Assembly (NCBI GenBank): GCA_041493955.1
Contig: JBGPZW010000001.1
Location: 1 to 61,914 of the forward strand
DNA length: 61,914 nucleotides
Direction of reading: 5' to 3'
From: Terriglobia bacterium
Lineage (GTDB): Bacteria; Acidobacteriota; Terriglobia; Acidiferrales; UBA7541
Shown: one piece after another, positions 38,021-48,082 of the stretch
Layout of the letters: each line of letters starts with the position of its first letter
Position numbering within the stretch: the stretch's first letter is position 1
Made by a program: the position numbers and the translations under genes
Notes under the pieces: generated by a model
Seen by the model: only the letters and a program-made list of their open reading frames with translations
What the model was told of the DNA's origin: nothing
Databases searched by the model: none

Positions 38021-38326
38021 CTACAAACATGGCCGGGACACTCACCCTGTAACTGGAACAGCAACGCAAAGCGCTTGGCGGGCTTTGCACAACAGAAAAG
38101 CCCGAGACGCACGAATTTTCAAGAGGAGAGTAAGGCCCGGCGGTCCTTGGGCGTGGACAAGAGAGGGCACTGGGAAGAGCTGGGGAAGAGTGCCTGCGCC
38201 GTCTGCGGTCGGCTGGAGAAAAGAAGGGAAAAAGCCTAGGGCAGAGGTCGCAGAGGAACACAGGGTAGAGAGAACACGAAGAGCACAGAGGACACGGAGA
38301 ATAAAATGGCCAGAATCCCGGCGGCG

Positions 38327-39109
38327 CTATGTGCCGGACCAATTCGGCTTGCGCTTCTCAAGGAACGAGGCCAGACCTTCGCGGAAGTCGGCGGTGGAGC
38401 GGATGCGCGCGTTTTCTTCGATGGCGATGGCGAGCTGGCGGTCGATTTCGTCCTCGGCGTAGCGGCAGAGCAGCTGTTTGGTGCGCGCCAAGCTGGTCGG
38501 GCTGGAGGCGATCAGGGCGGCGGCCAATTCGCGGGCGGAGTCCATCAATTGTTCGGGGGGAACCACCTCAGTGACGAGACCGATTTCCTGCGCTTCGGCT
38601 GCGTCGAGGATGCGCCCGGTGAGGAGGAGGTCGCGGGCGCGCTTCTCGCCGATCTGGCGGATGAGGAAGACAGACACGATCGCGGGGATAAATCCGATGC
38701 GGACTTCGGTGTAGCCGAACTTGGCCTCGGGCACAGCCAGCGTGAAGTCGCACAGCGTGGCGATGGCGCAGCCGCCGGCGATGGCGGGGCCATTGACGGC
38801 GGCGATCAGCGACTTCGAGTAACTCCACAGGCATCGGAACATTCGCGCCATGCGCTTGGAGTCCTCGAGGTTTTGCTCCGGGGATTGCTGGGTGAGAGCT
38901 TTGAGCGCGTCGAGGTCCATGCCGGAGCAGAAGGCTTTTCCGGCGCCGGTGAGGATGACCACGCGCGCGGGGCTCGATTCAGCCTCGGCGAGCGCGGCCA
39001 GCAACTCCTCGATCATTTCGGTCGAGATGGCGTTGCGCTTCTCGGGGCGGCTGAGCGTGATGGTGGCGAGTTCGGCTTCGATTTGCAGCACGAGCGTGGA
39101 ATAAGCCAC
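38327..39109 (-). CDS. Enoyl-CoA hydratase/isomerase (crotonase) family protein
   Basis: Motifs present are LATITLSRPEKRNAIS, VVILTGAGKAFCSGMDL, NGPAIAGG and FGYTEVRIGFIP. The start is taken at GTG 39109 (MAYSTLVLQIE). The track ORF extension upstream is implausible. Confidence 0.82.
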   Translation of the reverse strand: MAYSTLVLQIEAELATITLSRPEKRNAISTEMIEELLAALAEAESSPARVVILTGAGKAFCSGMDLDALKALTQQSPEQNLEDSKRMARMFRCLWSYSKSLIAAVNGPAIAGGCAIATLCDFTLAVPEAKFGYTEVRIGFIPAIVSVFLIRQIGEKRARDLLLTGRILDAAEAQEIGLVTEVVPPEQLMDSARELAAALIASSPTSLARTKQLLCRYAEDEIDRQLAIAIEENARIRSTADFREGLASFLEKRKPNWSGT

Positions 39110-39360
39110 GGCGGAAGAATAGAGGCAGAGTGCCGAAGAAGCAAGACGGACCGGGCACAGGCGGTGGAGCGAAAGCGGGAACTCCGCCGGGCGAAGGAGG
39201 GAAAGCATCCACGCAGGGACAGAGGTCACGGAGAATTGGGACCTCTGTGCCGCCCCGAAATCTGCTGAATTCTTGCGCGGCGCTACGACCTCGAGCAGAA
39301 GCAACGAGTGTTCGCCTGAGCGCTCACGTGTCAGACCTTCCCGAAAAATCATTCGGGACG

Positions 39361-39939
39361 CTAGGAGCGCGTTTCGGCCGGGACAAAGTACACGTCGGTG
39401 GGCTTGAATTGCGCGAGGCGCCGGAACCTGGCCTTCACCGGCATCCCCACGCGGATCTCCTTTTCGGTGACGCCGATCAGCCGCGCCAAGAACAGAGTGT
39501 TCACGCCATCAAATTCGATCAGCGCGAGGTTGAAGGGCGTCTCCTTGAGGAAAGCCTCAGAACCGAAGTGGCAGGTGGTCCACGTGTGCACCCGCCCCTG
39601 AAGCGGCAGATCAAACCAGCGCGCGGGCGCGCCGCAGCGCATGCAATAGGCGCGCGGGGTGGCGAAGCGGTAGTTGCAGGGGCCGCACTCGCTGCCGAGC
39701 AGCTTTCCCTGGGCGAGACCCAGGAAGAAGGGCGAGTCCTCGGCATAGCTGTGGATGTAGTCGATCTCGTAGTGGTCCTTGACGATCAGCGGGTCGGTGC
39801 AGAAGACCGTGGCGCCCTGGTCGGTTTCGGGCAGGCGCACCTTGTCGTACACGGGCTTGGGGCCAGCCGCCCGCTGAGGTTTTCTCGCGGATTTCCGCGG
39901 GGCCTTCGACTTGCTCTTCGGAGCAACTTTCTTGGCCAT
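39361..39939 (-). CDS. Zn-ribbon/OB-fold protein (DUF35 family), partner of the thiolase-like enzyme
   Basis: The rubredoxin-like CGPCNYRFATPRAYCMRCG is followed by an OB-fold segment (LALIEFDG...VGMPVKARF). It has a Lys-rich N-terminal tail and lies immediately downstream of a thiolase gene. Confidence 0.8.
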   Translation of the reverse strand: MAKKVAPKSKSKAPRKSARKPQRAAGPKPVYDKVRLPETDQGATVFCTDPLIVKDHYEIDYIHSYAEDSPFFLGLAQGKLLGSECGPCNYRFATPRAYCMRCGAPARWFDLPLQGRVHTWTTCHFGSEAFLKETPFNLALIEFDGVNTLFLARLIGVTEKEIRVGMPVKARFRRLAQFKPTDVYFVPAETRS

Positions 39940-39979
39940 GGCACTCTCCTCAAGAAATTCGCTGCTGGGGGTGGCTCGC

Positions 39980-41260
39980 TCAGGCGAGCGTGCTCTCCAG
40001 GATGCTGACCGTCACATAGGTGCCGGTGCCGGCATGGCTGTGGATGGCGCCGCGCATGGGCCGGCGCCCCTGGCCCTTTTTCTGCTGCACCTGGATGGTG
40101 GTGTCACCGTCGTTGTGTTTGGCGATGTTGTTCTGGAGCTGCCAGAAGGCGAAAACGGCCTGCATCAGTCCGGTGGCGCCAACCGGATGGCCGCAGGCGA
40201 TCAGCCCGCCGGAGGGGTTGACCGGAATCATGCCGGTCAGCTCGGTGTGGCCCCGGTCAATGAACTTGCCGCCGTCGCCGTACTTGCACAGGCCCATATC
40301 CTCATAGGTCTGGATTTCACTCGAGGTATAGGCGTCGTGCAGCTCGACGAAATCGAGGTCTTCGCGCGGGTCTTCGATGCCGGCTTTTTCGTAGGCCATC
40401 TTGCAGGCCGTGCGCCCGGCGCGGAAGCTGTGTACGCCAGGGTATTTGAGGCCGCGGTACCATTTGGGATCTTCGTGCTTGAGCAGGATGACATCGTCGT
40501 GGGGGCGGTCGGCCATGCGCATGGCGTCCGAGCCCATGCCCACGCCGAGCACGCGCACCGGGTTGTCACAGACCGCCTGGGCCACCTCTTCGCTGGCCAG
40601 GATGGCAACAGCGGCGCCATCCGACATGGTGCAGATGTCGAGAATCGTGAGCGGATATGCCACCATGGGCGCGCGGCGCACGTCCTCGACAGTGATATCG
40701 TAGTGGTGCTGCGCCCACTTATTGTTCAGGGCGTTGCGGTGGTTCTTCACGCTGACCTTGGCGAGCTGCTCGACGGTGGTGCCGAACTCGTGCATGTGGC
40801 GGACGACCATCATGGCGTAATAGCCGGTGTAAAAGCCGCCGACGGGGTAGTCGAAGTTCGTGTCGCTGGCCAGGGCGATGAACTCGTTGCCTTTCCAAGT
40901 GTTCACGTGCGACATGGTCTCGAAGCCCATGGCCACGACGCAGTCCATCCAGCCGGAGGCCACATGGCGCCAGGCATCCTGGAAGCAAAGTCCGCCGGTG
41001 GCCCCGCCGCCCTCGATGCGGATGGTCGGCTTGGGCACCAGGCCGCACATGTCCACGGCCATGACCCCGGCCTTGAGTTGCCGGGTGAAATGGTCACTGA
41101 AGTAGCTGACCACGCTGCCGTCAATGCGCTCGACCGTGAGCTTCGGACAATCGCGCATGGCGTAGTCGAAGGCTTCCTTGACCATGACGCGAAAAGATTT
41201 TCGCGGCTCGGCCTTGGTGAATTTCGTGATGCCGCCGGAGATCATGTAAACAGGTCGCAT
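39980..41260 (-). CDS. Thiolase-domain protein (SCP-x/nonspecific lipid-transfer type)
   Basis: 426-aa ORF containing EGGGATGG, CTMSDGAAVAIL, VELHDAYTSSE and NPSGGLIACGHPVGATG, which are typical thiolase blocks. Confidence 0.85.
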   Translation of the reverse strand: MRPVYMISGGITKFTKAEPRKSFRVMVKEAFDYAMRDCPKLTVERIDGSVVSYFSDHFTRQLKAGVMAVDMCGLVPKPTIRIEGGGATGGLCFQDAWRHVASGWMDCVVAMGFETMSHVNTWKGNEFIALASDTNFDYPVGGFYTGYYAMMVVRHMHEFGTTVEQLAKVSVKNHRNALNNKWAQHHYDITVEDVRRAPMVAYPLTILDICTMSDGAAVAILASEEVAQAVCDNPVRVLGVGMGSDAMRMADRPHDDVILLKHEDPKWYRGLKYPGVHSFRAGRTACKMAYEKAGIEDPREDLDFVELHDAYTSSEIQTYEDMGLCKYGDGGKFIDRGHTELTGMIPVNPSGGLIACGHPVGATGLMQAVFAFWQLQNNIAKHNDGDTTIQVQQKKGQGRRPMRGAIHSHAGTGTYVTVSILESTLA

Positions 41261-41498
41261 AGGGAAGCTCCTTGTGGGCGCGTCGGGCAGGCCGCGCAGA
41301 GCATACCAATTTTCGGGCGCGTCTGGGTAGTGGGGTGTTTAGGTTGAGCGCAGGGCCGGCGGAATCCGCCGGCGGCCGCTGCGCGCGCGGAAACATTTCT
41401 CGGCGGCGGTGCGTATGTTTGGGGTGGATCGCTGGACAATGGCTCACGAATGCGGCATGTTGTCCGTCCATCCTTATGACAGTTCAAGGAGAAAAGGG

Positions 41499-44315
41499 AT
41501 GACTCGTTTCCGGGTGTGGATGGTTGTGGCGCTGGTTCTGGCCGTATTCTCGGCGGGCGCGGTGGCGCAGGCGCCGAGACCTGTAGCCGCCGATATCCCC
41601 AGGATTGAATTTGAAAAATACAAGCTGGCGAACGGCCTGGAGGTCATTCTGTCGGAGGACCACCGGCTGCCGCTGGTGGCGGTGAACCTGTGGTATCACG
41701 TGGGGCCGGCCAACGAAGAGCCCGGGCGCACGGGCTTTGCGCACCTGTTCGAGCACATGATGTTCCAGGGCTCGAAGCACGTGCAGGCCAACGAGCACTT
41801 CCGCCAGCTCGAGGGCGCGGGCGCCAGCGACATCAACGGCACGACCGACTTCGACCGGACGAATTATTTCGAGACGCTGCCGGCGAACCAGTTGGAGCTG
41901 GCCCTGTGGCTCGAGTCCGACCGCATGGGCTACCTGCTCGACAAGCTCGACCAGAACAACCTGACCAACCAGCAGGACGTGGTGCGCAACGAGCGGCGGC
42001 AGAGCGTGGAGAACGAGCCCTTCGGGGTCGTCGAAGAGGAGCTGTTCCACAGGCTGTTTCCCAAGTCTCATCCCTATTACGCCAGCGTGATCGGCTCGCA
42101 CGCCGACATCCAGGCCGCCAAGCTTGCGGACGTCAAGAAATTCTTCCAGCTCTACTATGCGCCGAACAACGCGAGTCTGGCGATCGTGGGCGATTTCGAC
42201 AAGGCAGCGGCGAAGAAGCTGGTGGAGAAATATTTCGGGCCGCTCAAGCGCGGTGCCGACGTGCCCAGGATCAACGCCACAACCCCGGCAATCGCCGCAG
42301 AGCGGCGGGTGGTGATGAAGGATCGCGTCGAGCTGCCGCGTGTGTACATGGCCTGGCTGACCTCGCCGATCTACAAAGCCGGGGATTCGGACGCGGACCT
42401 CGCGGCGCAGATTTTAGGCGGTGGCAAATCGAGCCGCCTCTACAAGAAGCTGGTGTACGAGAAGCAGATCGCGCAGGACGTGGCCGCGCAGCAGCAGTCG
42501 CTGATCCTGGGGTCTGTGTTTTATGTGCAGGTCACCGCGCGGCCGGGGCACAGTGCCGAGGAGATCGAGAAGGCCATCCAGGAAGAGCTGGAGCGCTTCC
42601 GCAAGGAGGGCCCCGAAGAGAAGGAGTTGGAACGCGCGCGTAACACGATCGAAACCAACATCATTCAGCGCCTGGAGACGCTGGGCGGATTCGGCGGCGT
42701 CGCCGACCGGTTGAACCGGTACAACCACTACCTGGGCAATCCGGATTACCTGGTGGAGGACATCAACCGCTATCGCCGGGCCACGGCGGCGTCGGTACGC
42801 GACTTTGCGCAGCAGCAGTTGAAGACCAACGCGCGCGTGGTCGTTTACGGCGTGGCGGGCGAGCAGGACCTGGCGCCTGAGGTGCCTACGCCGAAGGCGG
42901 AGAAAGTCCCGGCGGGCCAGGGAGCTGAATCGGTGAACGCCGACGAGTCCTGGCGCGCCGAGGCGCCCAAGCCCGGCCCGGCCCGGGCGCTCAATCTGCC
43001 GGTGCCGAAGTCTTTCCAGCTCACGAACGGCTTCACCGTGATTTACAACGAGCGTCCCGGGCTGCCGATCGTGGCCGCGAACCTGGTCGTACGCACGGGG
43101 AGCGATGCGAATCCGCTCGACAAGCCGGGGCTGGCTAACTTCACCGTGGGGATGCTGGACCAGGGCACCGCAACGCGCAGCGCGCTCCAAATTGCGGATG
43201 AAGCGGCGCAACTCGGCGCCACGCTCAACACCAGCTCGACGATGGACGCCTCGCGGGTCTCGGTGGGCTCGCTGAAGAAGAATTTCCCGGGCGCGCTGGC
43301 GCTGATCGCCGATCTGATCTTGCACCCGAGTTTTCCGCAGGCGGAGATTGAGCGGCAACGGGCCAGCAGGCTCGCCACGCTGGTGCAAAGGCGAGAGAAC
43401 CCCGCAATTGTTGTCGGGCAGGTGACGGCAGCCGCGCTCTACGGCCGGCAGCATCCGTACGGGTACCCGGAGATCGGAACCGAGGCGGCCATCAAGGCCG
43501 CCGCACGCGACGACATGGCGGGATTCTGGAAGCAGAGCTTCGTGCCCAGCAACGCGGCACTGGTGGTGGCGGGAAACATCGGCTTCGAGGAGCTAAAGGC
43601 GCTGGCGGAAAAACAATTCGGTGGCTGGCATAAGGGCGCGTCAGCGCGTCCCGCAGTGGGCACGCCGTCCACAACCGCGGCGCGCGTGGTGCTCGTGGAT
43701 AAGCCCGGGTCGCCGCAGACGCAGGTGCGCGTGACGATGATTGGCGTGGCGCGCTCGACGCCCGATTACGCGGCGCTGGAGGTGATGAACGCTTCGCTCG
43801 GGGGCCTGTTCTCCAGCCGCATCAACCTGAACTTACGCGAGGAGCACGGCTATACCTACGGTGCGGGCTCTGCGTTCGTGTACCGGCGTTCGGCCGGGCC
43901 GTTCTTTGTGGGCGGCGGGATTCGCACCGACGTGACGGCGCCGGCGGTCTCCGAAATCTTCAAGGAGATTCGCCGGATGGCCGAGGCGCGGTTGAGCCCC
44001 GACGAGCTCAGCCTGGCGAAGGACTCGCTGGTGAGGTCACTGCCGGGCGATTTCGAGAACAGCGCCGGCGCGGCGGGGGACTTCTCAAATGCATATCTCT
44101 ACGACCTGGGGCTCGACTACTACGCGAAACTTCCTGGGCAGCTCTCTGCGGTGACGGCCGAGGGCGTATTGGGCGTGGCCAAGAAATACCTGGTGTCCGA
44201 GAAAATGATTGTGGTGGCGGTGGGTGACCGCGCCAAGATCGAGCCGGAGCTGATCAAGCTGAAGCTGGGTTCGGCCGAGATTCGTGACGCGGATGGCAAT
44301 TTGGAAAAGAAGTAG
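41499..44315 (+). CDS. M16 family (pitrilysin/insulinase-like) zinc peptidase, fused double unit, secreted
   Basis: It starts at MTRFRVWMVVALVLAVFSAGAVAQA, preceded by AAGGAGAAAAGGG. The inverted zinc motif HLFEHMMFQGS (HxxEH) is present. The second half is an inactive-type M16 repeat. Confidence 0.88.
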   Translation: MTRFRVWMVVALVLAVFSAGAVAQAPRPVAADIPRIEFEKYKLANGLEVILSEDHRLPLVAVNLWYHVGPANEEPGRTGFAHLFEHMMFQGSKHVQANEHFRQLEGAGASDINGTTDFDRTNYFETLPANQLELALWLESDRMGYLLDKLDQNNLTNQQDVVRNERRQSVENEPFGVVEEELFHRLFPKSHPYYASVIGSHADIQAAKLADVKKFFQLYYAPNNASLAIVGDFDKAAAKKLVEKYFGPLKRGADVPRINATTPAIAAERRVVMKDRVELPRVYMAWLTSPIYKAGDSDADLAAQILGGGKSSRLYKKLVYEKQIAQDVAAQQQSLILGSVFYVQVTARPGHSAEEIEKAIQEELERFRKEGPEEKELERARNTIETNIIQRLETLGGFGGVADRLNRYNHYLGNPDYLVEDINRYRRATAASVRDFAQQQLKTNARVVVYGVAGEQDLAPEVPTPKAEKVPAGQGAESVNADESWRAEAPKPGPARALNLPVPKSFQLTNGFTVIYNERPGLPIVAANLVVRTGSDANPLDKPGLANFTVGMLDQGTATRSALQIADEAAQLGATLNTSSTMDASRVSVGSLKKNFPGALALIADLILHPSFPQAEIERQRASRLATLVQRRENPAIVVGQVTAAALYGRQHPYGYPEIGTEAAIKAAARDDMAGFWKQSFVPSNAALVVAGNIGFEELKALAEKQFGGWHKGASARPAVGTPSTTAARVVLVDKPGSPQTQVRVTMIGVARSTPDYAALEVMNASLGGLFSSRINLNLREEHGYTYGAGSAFVYRRSAGPFFVGGGIRTDVTAPAVSEIFKEIRRMAEARLSPDELSLAKDSLVRSLPGDFENSAGAAGDFSNAYLYDLGLDYYAKLPGQLSAVTAEGVLGVAKKYLVSEKMIVVAVGDRAKIEPELIKLKLGSAEIRDADGNLEKK

Positions 44316-44664
44316 GCTCCTCGAGCGGGTTGACGCCGGCACCCGGATGTCCTAGATTTCCTCGAGCGCGTAAGCGCATCGAATCTTCGCCACGGAGGCG
44401 CCTGAGCCTATGCTTGACCTTGCCAGCCTGAGGGAGAGGCCCGCCTCCAGCCGCTTTCTCCCCGCCTGATCGAGCGGCTCCCGGGGGGCTCCTCCCACTC
44501 ATTCCATTTCCTGCTTGCCTGCGAGATCTTCATGCAAACTCGCGGGGAGGCTGGTCATTTCTCAGGGCAACGTCCGCCTGATGTAGCGGCACGTTGCCTG
44601 CAGATGAGGAGGTGGCAGCACGAACGCGGCCACTTCCCGAATAGAGGAGAGAGAGGAACATCCA

Positions 44665-45477
44665 ATGAGATTCGCAGATCTGGCGCTGGTGCGGCGGTTG
44701 GAGACCGCGGAAGCAGAGAGTGGGGCGGCGTGCGCCCGGACTCTCGCCAAGAGACGTCCGGAAAGCGGAGCAACGGTGGAAGCGGTGGCTGGAGGCTTTG
44801 CGATTTTCGCCGGGGTCAACTCGCCGGTCACACAGGCGGTCGCGCTCGGGCTGAATGGGCCGGTCGGCGAGGCCGAGGTCGAACACTTGGAAGAGTTCTA
44901 TCGCAGTCGGGGGGATGCTGTGCGCGTGGAGCTGTGCCCGCTAGCGGACATGTCGCTGGTCGAGCTATTTGGCCAGCGCGGCTACCGCGTTAGCGAGTTC
45001 TCCAACGTGTTGGTCTGCCCGCTCGAGCGTGGCGAGTCGCGGCCTGCGGCGGCTCCGGGTGTCCAGGTGGAGCAGGTGAGTGAGAACGACGCGACGCTAT
45101 GGACGCGCATCGTGGCCCAGGGGTTCGCGGAACACTTTCCTGTGACACCGGAAATTCTCGAGGTGATGGAGCTTTTCTTCTACAACCCTCAGGCATCCTG
45201 CTTTCTGGCGCGGATCAACGGGGAGCCGGTGGGAGGAGGAGCCCTCTCGATCCACGACGGTATCGCCGGGATGTTCGGCGCGAGCACGTTGCCCACTTTC
45301 CGCAACCGCGGCGTGCAGACGGCATTGTTGCAGGCGCGTCTGACGAGGGCCGCAGCGGCGGGCTGTGACGTGGCGCTGACAATCACCCAGCCAAGTAGCA
45401 CTTCGCAGCGCAATGTCGAGCGTCAGGGTTTCCGGGTCGTCTATACCCGCGCGAAATTCGCTCGCAAGTGGATCTGA
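44665..45477 (+). CDS. GNAT family N-acetyltransferase
   Basis: 270-aa ORF. The C-terminal acetyl-CoA binding block is TLPTFRNRGVQTALLQARL (R/Q-x-x-G-x-G/A-like). It is preceded by GAGGAGAGAGAGGAA. Confidence 0.78.
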   Translation: MRFADLALVRRLETAEAESGAACARTLAKRRPESGATVEAVAGGFAIFAGVNSPVTQAVALGLNGPVGEAEVEHLEEFYRSRGDAVRVELCPLADMSLVELFGQRGYRVSEFSNVLVCPLERGESRPAAAPGVQVEQVSENDATLWTRIVAQGFAEHFPVTPEILEVMELFFYNPQASCFLARINGEPVGGGALSIHDGIAGMFGASTLPTFRNRGVQTALLQARLTRAAAAGCDVALTITQPSSTSQRNVERQGFRVVYTRAKFARKWI

Positions 45478-45526
45478 CGAGAATGAAAGCGCGGTGGCGC
45501 GACGGGGGGAGTCGTGGCGGCGCGCT

Positions 45527-46162
45527 TCAGGGCGCGATTCGGGCGGCGCGCGCCATGGAGCTCGCCACCTCCAGAACGTTTCCCGGTGGCACGACGCGAT
45601 GGACCAGGCCGGCCGCGTAGGCCTCGCCGGCGGTCAGGGTCTGCGCGGTGATCACCATCTCCCGGGTCCGAGCGCGGCCGCCGGGAAGCAGGAGGCGCGG
45701 CAAGCGCTGCGTGCCACCCCAACCGGTGATGATGCCCAGCCCGGCGCCGGGATGGCCGAAGATCGCGTCGTCGGAGGCCACCCGCAACTGACAGGCGAGC
45801 GCAAGATCCAGCCCGCCGCCAAGGCAGTAGCCGCGAATCGCGGCCACGGCCGGCTTCGGGCTTCGGGCGATCTTGCGCATGACGCCCTGGCCCAGCGCAG
45901 AAAAGCGCAGAGCTTCGAGCGCCCCGAGCGCGCCCACTTGACTGATTTCAGCACCGGCCGCGAAGCATTTGGCGGTGCCGGAGAGTACGATCGCGCGAAC
46001 TTCGGATGTGGTGGCTGCGGCGGTGAATTGCCTCAGAAGTTCGGCAAGAACGACGCGGGTCAGGCGGGGAAAACCGCCCGGATCATCGAGCTGAAGAACG
46101 AGCAGGCCGTCCTCAAGGGTGGACCGGAAAGTAGCACTCGGCGGGGAGGTATCGTCGGGCAC
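45527..46162 (-). CDS. Crotonase-fold (enoyl-CoA hydratase/isomerase family) protein, short form
   Basis: Motifs present are AIVLSGTAKCFAAGAEI, AAIRGYCLGGGLDLALAC and FGHPGAGLGI. It lies 7 nt downstream of the mutase B12-binding subunit gene. Confidence 0.8.
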   Translation of the reverse strand: MPDDTSPPSATFRSTLEDGLLVLQLDDPGGFPRLTRVVLAELLRQFTAAATTSEVRAIVLSGTAKCFAAGAEISQVGALGALEALRFSALGQGVMRKIARSPKPAVAAIRGYCLGGGLDLALACQLRVASDDAIFGHPGAGLGIITGWGGTQRLPRLLLPGGRARTREMVITAQTLTAGEAYAAGLVHRVVPPGNVLEVASSMARAARIAP

Positions 46163-46169
46163 AGCGGCG

Positions 46170-46574
46170 TCAGGCTTTTTGCCCCGCGCGCTCGCGGACG
46201 AAGTTGATGATGTCCTGCGTGGAGGTGCCGGGGAGGAAAACGGCGGCGATTCCGGCCTGCTTCAGCGCGGGGATGTCGGCCTCCGGGATGATGCCGCCGA
46301 TCAGCACGGTGACATCGTGCATGCCTTTCTGCCGCAGCAGATTCAGCAGTTGTGGACAGAGCGTATTGTGCGCGCCGGATAGAATCGAGAGGCCGATAAC
46401 GTCCACGTCTTCCTGCTCGGCCGCCGAGGCGATCATCTCCGGGGTCTGGCGCAGGCCGGTGTAGATGACTTCCATGCCGGCGTCGCGCAGGGCGCGGGCG
46501 ATGATCTTCGCGCCGCGGTCGTGGCCATCCAGGCCGGGCTTGGCAATCAGTACGCGAATCTTCTTCTCAGGCAT
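46170..46574 (-). CDS. Methylmalonyl-CoA mutase family, B12-binding small subunit
   Basis: The sequence [40 protein letters not shown] carries the DxHxxG cobalamin-binding motif. SILSGAH and GGIIP are also present. Confidence 0.9.
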   Translation of the reverse strand: MPEKKIRVLIAKPGLDGHDRGAKIIARALRDAGMEVIYTGLRQTPEMIASAAEQEDVDVIGLSILSGAHNTLCPQLLNLLRQKGMHDVTVLIGGIIPEADIPALKQAGIAAVFLPGTSTQDIINFVRERAGQKA

Positions 46575-46644
46575 AGGCAGGGTAAGAATACCGCAGGATG
46601 CCGCGCGAGGGTAGTACGAGCGCAGCATGCCGCGCGCGTACTGG

Positions 46645-47622
46645 TCATCTCAGGCTGCGGAGAAATTCGTCGAGCAGGGAGTTGAAGCGCTCGGCGTCGT
46701 CCACAAACAGCGCGTGGCCGGCATCCTCGAAGATCTCCAAGCGCGAGCCGGCGATCTGCGGCTGAATGGCCTGGATGAGATTCAAAAAGCCGCTCTTCGC
46801 CGCGACGATCAGGGTCGGCTTGTCGATCTTCTTCAACGCGGGGCGGAGGTCGGTGCCGAACTTGCCGACCAGCAGCGCGACCGCAGTGTTCGTCGGCGTG
46901 CGTAGCGACGCCTCGACGACGCGCTTCAAGTAATCTTCCGGCTGTGGCTTCTTGAAAAACGACCGGACAAACGGCTCCGTGGCGCCGCGGCGGTTCTGGA
47001 CAAAGCCGTTGATGAACTCCATGACGTCCTTGTATACCGCCGCTGGGACATCCGCGCCGGGAACGTCGTCCACGAAAACGATTCCAGCGATGTCTTTGGT
47101 GCCAAACTGATCCACGTAGGACGCAACTTCGCCTACACCCATGGACCATCCGACAAGGATCACCGGGGCGAGATGAAGTTGATCAACGACCGCTTTGATG
47201 TCCCGCGCGCGCGCGGCGGGGGAGAGTCCGTCGGCGGTTTGTGAGGATTCGCCCTGGCAGCGCGGGTCCATGGCCACGACGCGATGCGTCTTGGAGAAGT
47301 GTTCGATCTGCTTCTCCCAGATCCATCCCGGCATCGTCCACCCCGGTACAAACAGGATCGCCGGTTGCTGCCGGATATCGGAAATTGACACCTGACCATT
47401 GATAAGCGCGCCGTGCTGTGGCGTTCCGCCGACCTCGAAGCTCCCGACGGTCTTCACCTGTCCGGCCTCAAGGTAGTGAATCCTGACCCCATCGGACGTA
47501 ACCACGAATCCACTCTTCGTCGCCGGAGGCGTATCCGCGTTCGACGGGGTTGCCAGGGCGGAAATGATCACGAAAGTAAAGACGACCAGGAAAACCCCGG
47601 TCAATTTGTTGTATCTGATCAT
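46645..47622 (-). CDS. Secreted alpha/beta hydrolase
   Basis: It starts at [29 protein letters not shown] (signal peptide). The nucleophile elbow is VGWSMGV (GxSxG). AGHALFVDD lies near the C-terminus. Confidence 0.8.
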   Translation of the reverse strand: MIRYNKLTGVFLVVFTFVIISALATPSNADTPPATKSGFVVTSDGVRIHYLEAGQVKTVGSFEVGGTPQHGALINGQVSISDIRQQPAILFVPGWTMPGWIWEKQIEHFSKTHRVVAMDPRCQGESSQTADGLSPAARARDIKAVVDQLHLAPVILVGWSMGVGEVASYVDQFGTKDIAGIVFVDDVPGADVPAAVYKDVMEFINGFVQNRRGATEPFVRSFFKKPQPEDYLKRVVEASLRTPTNTAVALLVGKFGTDLRPALKKIDKPTLIVAAKSGFLNLIQAIQPQIAGSRLEIFEDAGHALFVDDAERFNSLLDEFLRSLR

Positions 47623-47775
47623 ATCGCTGCCCCTGAGAGCTGGAATCCATCGGGGAGGGGAGAAGTTCTCCTCGACCCTCGGAAAATGTTGACGGGCTAT
47701 GGCCCGCTGCTGCCATACTCCAATCCTCCGAGTAACACGGTTTGCCCTCATTTGCTAGCTAGCCGGGCAATGCGC

Positions 47776-48075
47776 TCACCTAGTGTTTTGCGGAGTTGCT
47801 GGGTCAGTGTCACTACTAGCTACTGCTTGCCAAAGTGAGTGTGGTAGAAGCCGAGCGCACTCAACGAGGAAAAGGTTTCGCCATTTCGGCGCTGTGAAAC
47901 GAAATGTGACCATGTGTCCGTCGCGATCCCACTCCTTCTTCTTTGTGCCGCCCCACGAGATCCTAGAGTTCCCCTCATGAGAGGCGAACTGAGCCAGCGC
48001 TCGTAGACAGTGCAAGACTGCCTCGTCGTCGGTGTGAATGGTCACGCTGAACCTAAAGCGAAGATGCTCTTTCAT
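47776..48075 (-). CDS. Hypothetical protein (99 aa)
   Basis: The ATG is 7 nt after the stop of the mutase large-subunit gene. The region is visibly lower in GC. I recognise no family. Confidence 0.5.
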   Translation of the reverse strand: MKEHLRFRFSVTIHTDDEAVLHCLRALAQFASHEGNSRISWGGTKKKEWDRDGHMVTFRFTAPKWRNLFLVECARLLPHSLWQAVASSDTDPATPQNTR

Positions 48076-48082
48076 GGGGGAC

